Assembly (NCBI RefSeq): GCF_963921235.1
Contig: NC_086097.1
Span: 132,744,001-132,808,000 of the forward strand
DNA: 64,000 nt
DNA from: Mobula hypostoma
Lineage: Eukaryota
Reading direction: 5' to 3'
Numbering within the stretch: the stretch's first letter is position 1; every line of letters begins with the position of its first letter. Of the stretch, positions 23,600 to 34,238 are shown piece by piece. The position numbers and the translations under genes are program-made. Under the pieces are notes generated by a model. That model was not told the origin of the DNA. It was given only the letters and a program-made list of their open reading frames with translations, and made no database searches.

Positions 23600-25120
23600 G
23601 AATGCAAACTGGAGGTCAATTACTGCTTTGAGATCGGACTGGTCAAAGCCAATACAGTGCTAATTCTGCTCATTTCAAAGGGCAGTGGAACTGAAGGGAG
23701 CTAAAATGAAGGAGCAAGAAGGGAGTATTGAGCAATAAAGATCCAAAGTCCAAAGACCCTGAAAGCTGCCCTCACAGGTAGATAAGTTGATGCAGAGGCA
23801 TAAGGGATACTTACTTTAATTATCAAGTAAGTGGCACTGTGCATGGATGGATCTTGGGATGCAAGTCCATAGATCTTTGAAAGGGGCTACATAAGTAGAC
23901 AAGGTGGTAAGGAAGGCATATGTTAAACTTGTCTTCATTGGTTGAGTCAAAAGTTGGCAAGTTTCCAGCTATAAAGACTTTGGTTGGGCCACATTTAGAG
24001 TATTGTAAACAGTTCTGGTCACCATATTATAGGAAGGATATGGAGTCTTTAGAGAGAATGCATAGAGTTTCACCAGGATGTTGCCTGGATTAGAGAGTAT
24101 TAGTTATGAGATGAGGCTGAAAACCTTTTACACTTTCTCGGAAGCATCGGAGATGACAGCTGATCTGATAGAAGTTTAAAAAGTCAAAGATAGGAGTCTT
24201 TTACCTGGGTGGAAGTGTCAAATACTAGAAGAGATGGGCTTAAAATGAGAGGAGGGCAGTTTAAAAACTATTTGAGGATTTTTTAAAACAATATACACTG
24301 AGAGTGGTAGATGCCTAAAACATACTACTAGGGGAAATACATTTGTTAGCAGTGGTTAGGAGGCAGTCAGACAGACACGTGAACAGGAGAGATTTTTTCC
24401 AAGGAATTAGTTTAAGTTGGCAACATGGTTGGCTGAGACATTGTGAGCAGAAGGGCCTGATTTTGTGCTCTACTGTTCTAGTGTTCTATTAGCTACGCAC
24501 AGAATATGTAAACAGGGAGACTGTGGTACATGTTTATAAAACGTTGGTTAGGCTACAGCTAGGAGTACAGTGTGCAGTTCTGGTCACCACACAAGAGGAA
24601 GGACAAGATTACACTGGACAAGTTGCTCAAGAGATTCAGCAGGTTTGAAGTTGGAGTGAAGGAAGATGAAGGGAGAATCTAATTGACATATGTATATATA
24701 AATTACGAGCGCCATAGGTAGGGGTAGGGAGGGAACGTTGACTCAGACCATAAGAGGACTGCATTGGGCATTTTCATGCCTTACAAGGCACAGATTGGTA
24801 GTCTGTGTGGGGCGCCACTCCTCACAGAGACACTAGAGTAATGTGTGGTTAAGTGCCTTGCTCAAGGACACAACCACGCTGCCATGGCTGAGGCTCAAAC
24901 TTTTCTACCCAGAGAGTGGCTGGACTCTGGAATGAACTGCCTGAGGGGATGGTGGAGAGAGGAACTCTCCAGTAGTGATCTAGTATGTGGACAAGCACTT
25001 GAATCACCAAAGCACAGAAGACTAAAGTGCAAATGGGATGAATATAGATTGGTACTTGATAGCCATATTGGATGTAATGGTTTGTGGGGTCTTTTTCTAT
25101 GCTGGATGATTCTATGACAC
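23600..25120 (+). mobile_element. Tandem degenerate CR1 fragments (ends ~24490 and ~25120)
   Basis: LYKTLVGPHLEYC.QFWSPYYRKD-like sequence at ~23970-24040 and again at ~24530-24600; CR1 tails. Confidence 0.75.
24748..24900 (-). mobile_element. tRNA-derived SINE fragment inserted in CR1
   Basis: Reverse strand reads gtttgagcctc (B-box-like) followed by gtgtccttgagcaaggcacttaac, a common tRNA-SINE body motif. Confidence 0.55.
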
Positions 25121-25703
25121 TCTAATATCTATCCTTTGAACATATAATTCCTTACTATCATATTGTTGCTTATGGAAGCTTGCTATGTATAAAACAATGA
25201 TAAACACCATGGAAACAGGTCCCTCAGTCCAACTCATCTATGCCAACCATTGCCTAACTATGTGGTACACATTGCCCACATTTGGCTCATATCCTTCTCA
25301 AACCTTCCAATCCACCCACATGTTCAAATACCTTTTAAATGTTGTAATTGTACACACCTCTACCATTTCCAAGCAAGGGTTGTTCCAAGGTGGTGCCAAG
25401 CTGTGACCTCCGTTGAGTTATAGCTCAGACTTAGTTATTTATTAATTGTTTAATCATTTAATTTTATTGTTTTTAGATTCACAAGGATGAATTTGGAGAC
25501 AGAGAGGACAGTTAGGAGTCAGTTCAGGGTTTAAGGACAGGGATATAGGAAAATTAGAGATTACGCTGCAGTTTAATTCTCCGCTCCACATTTGAAGACC
25601 AGTCATGTGAACATGAGGCATCCTTTGGACAGATGTTGGATGTCGGATGTCTTCCAACCTGACAGAAAGTGACACAAAGGATAGCTACACCTGATTCTAC
25701 CCC

Positions 25704-27039
25704 TCAAAGTTCAAAGTTCAGAGTAAATTTATTATCAAAGTACATATATGTCGCCATATACAACCCCGAGATTCATTTTCTTGCAGCCAGTCACAGTAAG
25801 TACAAGAAACACAACAGAATCAATGAAAGACCACACCCAAAAGAACAGACAAACAACCAATGTGCAAAATACACGCAGTGTGAAATACAAAAAGAAAGAA
25901 AACAAATAATAATAAATTAGCAATAAGTAACTAGAACATGAGATGAAGAGTCCTTGAAAGTGAGTCCACAGGTTGTCGGAAGAGTTCAGTGATGGAGCAG
26001 GTGAAGTTGAGTGAAGTTATTGTCTTCAGTTCAAGAGACTGATAGATGAGGGATAGCAACTGTTCATGGAGATATGGGCTCTGAGGCTCTGGTATCTTTT
26101 TCCTGGTAGCAATGAGAAGAGAGCATAGCGTGTATGGTAGGGGTCCTTAATGATAGCTGCTGCTTTCCTGCACCAGCACTCTATGTACATGTGCTCAATG
26201 ATGAGGAGAGCTTTACTCATGATGGATTGGGCTGTGTCCACTACTTCTTGTAGGCTTTTCCATTCAAGGGTATTGGTGCTTCCATACCCGGCCATGACAC
26301 AACCAGTCAATATACTCTCCATCACACATCTATATAAATTTGTCAACGTTTTAGGTGACATGCTGAATCTTTGCAAACTTCTAAGAAAGTAGAGGCACTG
26401 CCACGTTCTCTTTGTAATGGCACTTACATGCTGGATCCAGGACAGATCCTCTGAAATGATAACAACGAGGAATTGAAAGTTGCTGACCCTCTTCATTTTT
26501 GATCCCTCAATGAGGACTGCCTCATGGACCTCCAGTTTCCTCCTCCTGAAATCAAAAATCATCTCCTTGGTCTTGCTGACATTGAGTGAAAGGTTGTTTT
26601 GGGGGTGCCGCTCAGCCTAATTTTCAATCTCTCTTCTATATGCCAATTCACCTCTATCTTTGAATCAGCCGATGGTAGTGATGTCATCAACGAACTTAAA
26701 TATGGCATTGCAGTTGTGTGTAGCCTCATAATCATGAGTATAAAGTGAGTAGATCAAGGGGCTAAGCACTCAGTTGGGCTGAGGTGCAGTTGTGCTGATG
26801 GAAATTATAGACAGGATAGTATTGCCAATCCAAACTGACTGGGGTCTGCAAGTGAGGAAATCAAGTTGCATAAATAGGCATTCAGGCCTAGATATTGAAT
26901 CTTATGGATTAGTTTTAAGGAGATGATATTATTGAATGCTGAGCTGTAGTTGATAAAGAGCATACTGATCTCTGTATCTTGGCTGTTGTGTCCCAGGGCT
27001 TGGTGACATGTCAATGAAATGACCTCCATTGTTGACCAG
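25704..27039 (-). mobile_element. Rex1/Babar LINE RT C-terminus plus 3' UTR
   Basis: ORF 26026-26562 (DFRRRK..FQFL..ISEDLSW..LYFLRSL) and MLFINYSSAFNNII; (TTCAAAG)n tail. Cut at the ERV LTR. Confidence 0.9.
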
Positions 27040-27560
27040 TGTTACGTGATTATCTTACTTGCTGGTTGATAGTCACATCCACTGTGTTGGTTATTTGAAG
27101 GATGCAGCAGCTCCTTATCATTGGTTGTCTCATGTGCCGTACCACAGTTTCCAGTTCCAAGTGCTTCACGGGTATGAGAATAGCACATGTGAGAGACTCA
27201 CTCTCTTTCCTTTGTCTCCAGGAGCTCAACTTCACACTGAGGTCATAACCAGTGCTGAAGAACCATTGGGAAAGTGTGCTGAAGATATAGGAGGGCCCAC
27301 ACACACTTATAGCCAAGTATCTGTTTGTTGAAAGTTTAGTTTTGTGGTTGTATAACGTGGAAATACTTAAAGTTCCTGCTGAGTTTAAGGTGCTACTGAA
27401 TGTTTTGCATCATAGTTTTTGTAACTTTGGGTTGCTTTGTTGAGTACTTGTTTGACTTAGATGTTTGGTCAAATATTCTAATGTTTGTCTGCAAATAGTA
27501 GGTTAATATACTTAATCGTAATCACTGTCTTCCAACCCACGAGCCTGCTTCTTCAGAACA
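27040..27560 (+). mobile_element. 5' LTR of a class III-like endogenous retrovirus
   Basis: TGTT...AACA termini, followed after 2 nt by a PBS-like sequence and then gag-like sequence; related copy at 8863. Confidence 0.7.
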
Positions 27561-27562
27561 TT

Positions 27563-27581
27563 TGGCACAATAAGGAGGGTT
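27563..27581 (+). other. Primer-binding site, tRNA-Ser-like (decayed)
   Basis: tggcacaataaggagggtt matches 14/19 of TGGCGCAGCGAGCAGGGTT (tRNA-Ser 3' complement, recalled from memory); most mismatches are transitions, several at CpGs. Confidence 0.55.
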
Positions 27582-27599
27582 CAGTGGTTGGACTGAAGA

Positions 27600-29740
27600 T
27601 GAATCTCTTTTGAAGCTTATATGAGAGAGAAGGTTATGTAAGACCATCAACAGTGTGGGATTTGGGAGTCTTGCCAACCTGCATGCTGCAGGACACCTGT
27701 AGACTGATCAGACAAGTTGCGACTCCCACAGGTTGAGAATTGGACATCACATTGTGTCCGTACTTAATAAGGCAGGGTTCCCCAAGAGGAAAGGGAGCCA
27801 AAAGGATGCTTTCTGGCAGTTGGCAGCTATCGTAAGTCACCACAAGAGACGATTGCACAGAGAGAGCAGGAGACAGTAAGTCTCAAGAATGAGGTGGAAG
27901 CATTACAAGAGTGCCGTACCACCATTTTGGAAGCTCCCTGTTTGGTACTGCCTTGGGCCAAAGAGCTAGAAGACAAGAGTGTGGCGACAGCCTGTCGGCT
28001 AATAACGGTGCAGTAATTAGAGGCTGTCTGATGGGCTAAATGGCAATCAGATCCCATTCACATCCGATCTTGGTGCTGTGGGGAGATGATCCCATGGGGA
28101 TGGGGATGTCTGGCTGGATGGTGAGGGTGCGAAAGAGAGGGTAGAGTGGAGTCCTTTGATTCTCCCTGAAAATGTTCACTCTCTCTCCAACACACTTGAG
28201 ACAGTACTGGCCAGACCAGTGACCACACGGTCCCATACCCAGCATGGGATCTTCAATCCATGACCTTGTTGGCCCTCAAGAGAGAGAAGGAAGGCCAGGA
28301 ACCTGTAGGGTGTAATAAATGGCCCCTCCAAGACAATAGGGATCAAAGAATTCTCCACTAAGATATGGTGGGATTAGGGGATAGGTAGAGACAGAAGCCA
28401 GGAAAGCCTCTGGCCATGTGGTTGTTGAGGATATGGGATGAGGATGTACCAGCATGAGTTTACCTAATCGAGGGATGAGCTTATAAGGGGGACGTCATCT
28501 CAATATGTGATCAATAATGCTCTGCGAATGCCAATTGCTTCCCATTAGGGTCTGAGTTTGAGGCCTCTGTCGGTCAGAGATGACGATGGATATTGCATCC
28601 TAGCTGTCTAGATACACAAGCCTGGGCAGTACAATATGGAGAGCAAGCTGTTACCATGTAGCAAGCTCCCCCTCTCCACACATCTGATGAACCCAAAGGA
28701 ACAGCAGAAACTGATACAGTTCGGTACCAGCAGCATCGCAGAAGTTGTCAGTCAGCATTGAACTCAACGTAGGACTGCCTTAGAGACTCCAGCTCTAGAT
28801 TTTTTTTCCTTCAAGGTTTACTCCCGAGGCCTTCCACATGAGTGGGTATAGTCGCAAGGCAGTGGAGGATTGAGATCAGAGTTTTCCGTCTCCTAGATGA
28901 GCTGCCGAGCCCCATCTGCCCAAGGCCACTGGTTTTAAGGTGCCTGAAACATGCCTTTGCCCCTTCTCCTGTCAGTAGGAACGGTTCTGTCAGGCTTAGT
29001 AGCTAAGCACACGTGAAGGCCAGGAGCTGGACTTGGTTCTTCGAGGCTATTTGAGGTGCACGCCATTGGGAGTATTGAATAGGTAGCGGGAGCTTACCCC
29101 CATTACCACCCCCGGCTGTAATAGCCTTGAGGAATCTCCATAAGAGTAATGCATTGTTATGGGATCGGATGGCTGCAGCAGTCAGGGTCAGGTATCTTCC
29201 CTCCTGAGAATGAGATTCAAAGCCTGAGGCGAAGAGGAGCACAGTAGAGGAAGGGACAATAGCCCTTCACCAGTGTGTTCAAACTGTGATAGTGATAGAC
29301 AGCCGGTGGATTCTGAACTTAGCCCCGCCATGATAGGGCATTTGTTTACAGCACGGCTCCCTGCTTGGAAGGAGTGGTACTGTTTTTAATGGGACCAGCA
29401 GCTGGATGTCCCTAAATGCAGCCATTTGGTTGCTGGAAGGGTTGGAGTACGTGGAAGAGGGCAGGCGCAGACAGGTACAGAAGTTGTACAAGTAAATAGG
29501 GAGTAGGGGATCCCATGTGACCTGTACGGAGATGTTTCTAGCACAGCTCAGAGCCGGGGTACTGAAGGAGCAGGTAAATGGGGTTCCCATTCCACACCTC
29601 TATGCCACGTGGTTGGAACACTGCCAGGGAAGAGAGGTTAGGAGGCTGTTGAGGGAGAAGGGTCATTCTTCATGTCCTTTACTGATAAGGGCGCCTTCTG
29701 CCCTCTGCTTGATTCCTTACATTCCGTTCAGGAATCCCTA
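27600..29740 (+). pseudogene. gag: Decayed ERV-L/ERV-S-like gag
   Basis: DGDVWLD (28099-28119), RQKPGKPLAMWLLRIWDE (28389-28442), LLWDRMAAAVRVRY..STVEEG (29154-29255) and EMFLAQLRAGVLKEQVNGVP (ORF 29517), in the order of class III Gag motifs. Stops and frameshifts; SINE insertion. Confidence 0.72.
28515..29120 (-). mobile_element. RTE-related non-autonomous (SINE-like) element inserted in ERV gag
   Basis: Non-coding ~600 bp with blocks resembling RTE/Expander 5' UTRs (tttccgtctcctagatgagctgcc; gtatagtcgcaaggcag). Gag-like motifs resume after it. Confidence 0.6.
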
Positions 29741-29918
29741 AATCCCTTGCTGGAAGCTCTGCAAAAGGCACAGGTGATCCTTTAGTGACAGCAGGGGTTG
29801 TTGGGTGTCACCTTCCCACCCCATCCCCATAAGGAGGGGGTCATTCACCCTTCTCACCCTTCCCCCATAATAAAATGTGAATGGTTTGAGTTCAGAAAAA
29901 ATGTTGCATGAAGTGTGG

Positions 29919-29921
<3 letters not shown>

Positions 29922-29965
<44 letters not shown>
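29922..29965. repeat. (TG)n microsatellite
   Basis: Direct inspection. Confidence 0.95.
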
Positions 29966-29966
<1 letters not shown>

Positions 29967-30439
29967 ACGTGTGCACAAAGTCTATCTTGTATTTATTAAA
30001 TCTGCATCAGAAGGGTGCTTGAATTAATTCTATCCTTCAGCGGAAAAGGTGACAGTGAAAGATTTTGTTACTGGATGAACTTGCTGGAGGAGGTTTTATC
30101 TTTTAAGAGGACTATGCCTTCAAGTGGTTAAGTGAAGGTGTTGGGGGCCCCCATCCAGCAGTCTCTTCTTTTCCTTCGATCTTTGGAAAATGTGTTATTT
30201 TTTTCACTGTGACAATTAACTGTTCATTCTAAGTTTTGCAGTTACTTGCAAAGGTTACCGGCCATGAAAAATACAGTTAAGGTAATGGAAATCTGTGCAT
30301 CTTTATTCTGAAAATAACATCCCCACATATCAGACAGAAGTGGGCATTTGGGGAAATTGTTCATTGGTGGACAGTTAAATTGGGAATTTGGAATTCATAT
30401 TTTGGAAGATTAGAAGATTTGGAGACTAATCCGAGAAGT

Positions 30440-31990
30440 TACATACACAAAATGCTGGAGGAACTCAACAGGTCAGGCAGTATCTATGGAAAAGAGTACG
30501 GTGGATGTTTTGGTCCGAGACCCTTCAGCAGGATTGGAGAAAAAATAATGAGGGGTAGAGTTGAAAGGTGGGGGGAAGGGAGGGAGAAACACAAGGTGAT
30601 AGGTGAAACCAGAAGGAGAAGTGGTGAAGAAAAGAGGTCCTCTTATTTGCTCCTCAAACAGGTCCCACTAAAGAGCTCCAGGCCATTGTCTCCCACATCA
30701 TTAGTGACCTTATTAGTTCTGGGGCTCTCCCATCCACTGCCACTAAACTCATAGTTTTCACACCCTGCACCTCCCACTTCTACCTCCATTCTACCTCCTA
30801 TCCAAGGACCACACACACATCAAATGAAGAAATTCTCAGAAGAGCCCAAGCAGTTCGATCACTCATACCAACAATAAGAGAAAGACAACTCAGATTCCTA
30901 GGACACATCATGTGGAAAGATGAACTAGAAAAACTCATACTCTCTGGAAAGATTGAGGGGAGTAAACCTAGAGGAAGACCTCGGTTTATGTACATCAAAA
31001 GCATAGCCAGGTGGCTACACATCGAGGAAATGGAAGTCATCCAAAAAATGAGGGGTAGATCTATATGGAAAACCATGGTCACCGAAGTCCGCATCGGATA
31101 TGGTACCTAGACAGACAGACAGATCCAAGATCCACAAACCCGCTTGTCCATATAGACGCATTATTTCAGCTTGTTCCTACCTCACTAAAACTACATACCC
31201 CCTGCTTTATCCGTCCTAGTTCAATCCCTTCCTACCCACATCCATGACACTTCACATGCTCTGAATCTTTTCAATGGATTCAAGTTCCCTGGACCCCATC
31301 ATCTTATTTTTACTGAGGATGTCCAGTCCAGTCCAGTCTCCATCTCCCACCAGGAAGGCCTCAAAGCTCTTCATTTCTTTCTGGACACCAGACCCAACCA
31401 GTTCTCCTCCACCACCACTCTCCTCTGTCTTGTGGAACTTGTCCTCACTCTTAATAATTTATCCTTTGGCTCCTCCCACTTCCTGCGAACAAAGGTTTTA
31501 GCCATGGGCACTCGCATGGGTCCCAGCTATGCCTGCCTTTTTGTCAGCTATGTGAAATAGTCTATGTTCCAAGCCTATACTGTTGGCCATCCCCCACTTT
31601 TCTTACACTATAGCGATGACTGCATTGATGCTGTTTCCTGCACCCATGCTGAACTCGTCGACTTTATCCACTTTGCCACAAACTTTCACCCTGCCTTCAA
31701 ATTTTCCTGGTCCATTTCCGACACCTCCCTCCCCTTTCTCGATCTCTCTGTCTCTCTCTCTTATCTACTGATGTCTATTATAACCCCACAGATTCTCACA
31801 GCTACCTGGACTATACCTCTTCCCACTCAATTACTTGTAACAATGCTGTCCCTTTCTCTTAATTCCTCTGTCTCTGTCACATCTCCGCTCAGGATGAGGC
31901 TTTTCATTCCAGAACAAAGGAGATGTCCCCCTTATTCAAAGAAGGGTACTTCCCTTCCTCTACCATCAACGCCAGCCTCAACTGCATCAC
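30440..31990 (+). mobile_element. Penelope-like element: inverted terminal segment (30440-~30635, minus) joined to an RT fragment (plus)
   Basis: acacaaaatgctggaggaactcaacaggtcaggcag terminus; RT motifs AMGTRMGPSYACLFV, LFLHYSDDCI and LPFLDLSV. Confidence 0.85.
30807..31122 (+). mobile_element. RTE LINE 3' end
   Basis: LRFLGHIM..LEKLILSGKIEGSKPRGRPR; (GACA)n tail; perfect 7-bp TSD ATCCAAG (30800-30806 / 31123-31129). Confidence 0.92.
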
Positions 31991-31994
31991 CTCA

Positions 31995-32505
31995 ATGCCC
32001 TGGATGAACAGCCTGCCTATGTTGGTTGGCATTGTAGGAAGGCTCTTAGAGAGACAGAAAGGTTTTGGATGATAGTGGTTCCCAGCATGGTACCACCAGA
32101 CTGTCCCGGGAACTGATATGGATGGCCTTAGATTACCAGCTTGTAAAGAAAGGTGGCACTTGTGCTGTTATCAGTCAAGAATGCCGCATTTGCATTCTGA
32201 ACGAGTCGTGGAACATCACTCACCTGGCTGATCACATCCGACAGTTAATGGATGATTTAAGGAAATGAGGGACCAATTCCATAGCTATTACACTCCTGGT
32301 GGGGGGTGGGGGGCGGGTGTAGCTGATGGCTTTTGGGGTGCTAGATGGTTGGTGGATTACTGTGGTACACTGGATGGTGACTGGGTGGTTTATATCACAG
32401 TGTATTGTATTTTTGTGGTTTTAGATGTGGTTTAGTGGGTGTTCGCAGGGTCATAGTAGTCTGAGAGCTGGATTGTCACGGTGTCGTGTCTTTCAAGGGG
32501 TGACA
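31995..32505 (+). pseudogene. env: Retroviral env TM-subunit remnant (gamma-type ISD / CX6CC) with downstream PPT
   Basis: WMALDYQLVKKGGTCAVISQECRIC (32119-32193) plus NES/NIT sequons; upstream HCRK-ALRETERFWMIVVP (decayed cleavage site / fusion peptide); downstream GT-rich hydrophobic stretch; AAGGGGTGAC at ~32495-32504. Confidence 0.8.
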
Positions 32506-33029
32506 GGTAATGTGACATGTAAAGGACTCAGTTTGCTGAAGGGTCTGTTTCTGTGTTGTATGACTCCATAAAAGCTAAAAATTACTTTGCAAGCAGATGG
32601 TGTGAGTCACTTTGCACCAGTCCCTGTGTACTGAGGACATCTGCTGGTATGGCCTCTCATTCACAGCTCAGTAGCACTGGCCCAGTTGTTTAATTCTGTA
32701 TTCCTGCAGTCTTTGTCATTAGGGTCTTTGAAAAAGCTGCTCTTTCTCAACTTCTGCCCGCATTTCCTTCTTTATGTAGCTGGCAAAAGCTTTGAGCTGC
32801 TAAAATAGTTTTACATTTTCTTTTGTTCATTCAATTGGTTGAATAAAACCACATTATTCACACAGTGAGGCCATTCAGCCGGGCTGCTCTGTGCTAGTAT
32901 TCATTCTCCACACAAACCTGCTCCTGCTTCTCTTTCATTCAGAGAGTTTCACCTTTCCATAGAACCTCGCACTCTCAGAACACCCCGTATGCACAGCTGA
33001 TGAAGCTCCTTTTAAGGTGAACTCTCTGT

Positions 33030-33330
33030 TGTGATGCAGGAGATACTGCACACAAGTTTCCATAAAAAATGACATTGCAAATATAACCATTTTATTAGTG
33101 ATATTGATTGAGGATTAAGCATTAGTTAGGGCCTTGGGAATAATTCCCCCACCCTCCTCCAGTCATACCCTCTTATCTGCTCCTGACAGAGCAAGTCTTT
33201 GACAATGTAGCGTTCCCTCTGGGGGAGACACCCAATATCTTTCTTATGTAGATGTCACTGAATTAACATTTGAGCCCACAGTTATTTCATCCAGAGCAAA
33301 GAGAATTCAACTACATGAATCTCAGCTGGC
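33030..33330 (-). mobile_element. Ancient DeuSINE (SacSINE1/AmnSINE1-like), highly diverged
   Basis: Ordered blocks tagtgatattgattgagga..aattcccc..gacaatgtagcgttccctc..ttgagcccacag..agag..cagctg match the reverse Deu domain and tRNA head as I recall them. Confidence 0.55.
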
Positions 33331-33549
33331 ATAGTACATGTACCGCTCTATAATACATTACAAGAGTTAGGGGAAATAGAATACTTTGTCTATTTTACTG
33401 CACAGATTTTAATATAAATCTACTGAGCTCTAACAAAATGTCTACCACTACAACACTAATCCTGCAAAACATCTTAAGCTCTCTAACCACCTCCTCTGAT
33501 TTCAATCCCTTCACACTTAAAAGTAGATTTTCAGTAGGAAGACACCTTC

Positions 33550-34110
33550 AGTTCAGTTATACAGCATGCATCCATTTGGCCTAACTCATCCATGCTGACA
33601 AATGTTTTTCTAAGCTAGTCCCATTTTCTTTCATCAGCCTCTAAATCTTTCCTATCTATATGGTTGTCCATGGTCTCTCAAATGTAATTATTGTACTTCC
33701 TTCAGCCACGTCCTCCAGAAGTTCGTTCCATTAATCCACCACTTTTGCACGAAGTTGCCCCTCAGGTCCCTTATAGATCTTTCCCTTCTCACTCTAAACC
33801 TGTGTCCTCTAGTTTTGGATTCTTTTTCTTGGGGGAAAATATGTGTATTAACTCTATATATGCCTCCCATGATCTTATACACCTCTACAGGACTCTATAT
33901 CCCACATAATAAAATCCTAGCCAGGCCAGCATCTTCCTACAATTAAGTGCTGGTAATAGTCTCATATCTTCTTTGCAATTCATCCATCTTAATGATGTCT
34001 TTCCTATAAATTGCCCATAATTCTCCAGGTGTGGCTGTAAAAATTTCTTTACAATTGTAACCATATGTCCAAATTCCTATACTCAATGCCTTGACTTATC
34101 AAGATCCATT
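33550..34110 (-). mobile_element. CR1 3' fragment
   Basis: ORF YKIMGGI..ESKTRGHRFRVR..DLRGNF. Confidence 0.8.
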
Positions 34111-34238
34111 TTATTGTTCATTTTTCAATTCATTTTTACCATCATCAGCAAGGCCAGCTGTTAGTGCTCATTTCTCAAGTCTCTTAAGAAACTGGAGGCA
34201 CCCTTCCTTGTTGAAAGTCTTGTGATGCTTCTCAGGTT

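Noticed and set aside
29738..29968. ORF beginning MHTHTHTH
   Set aside because: Translation of the (TG)n microsatellite.
32505..32570. tgtgacatg after the env PPT as the start of a 3' LTR
   Set aside because: Only about 9 bp resemble the LTR start, and the following sequence is a CR1 3' tail; not enough to call an LTR.
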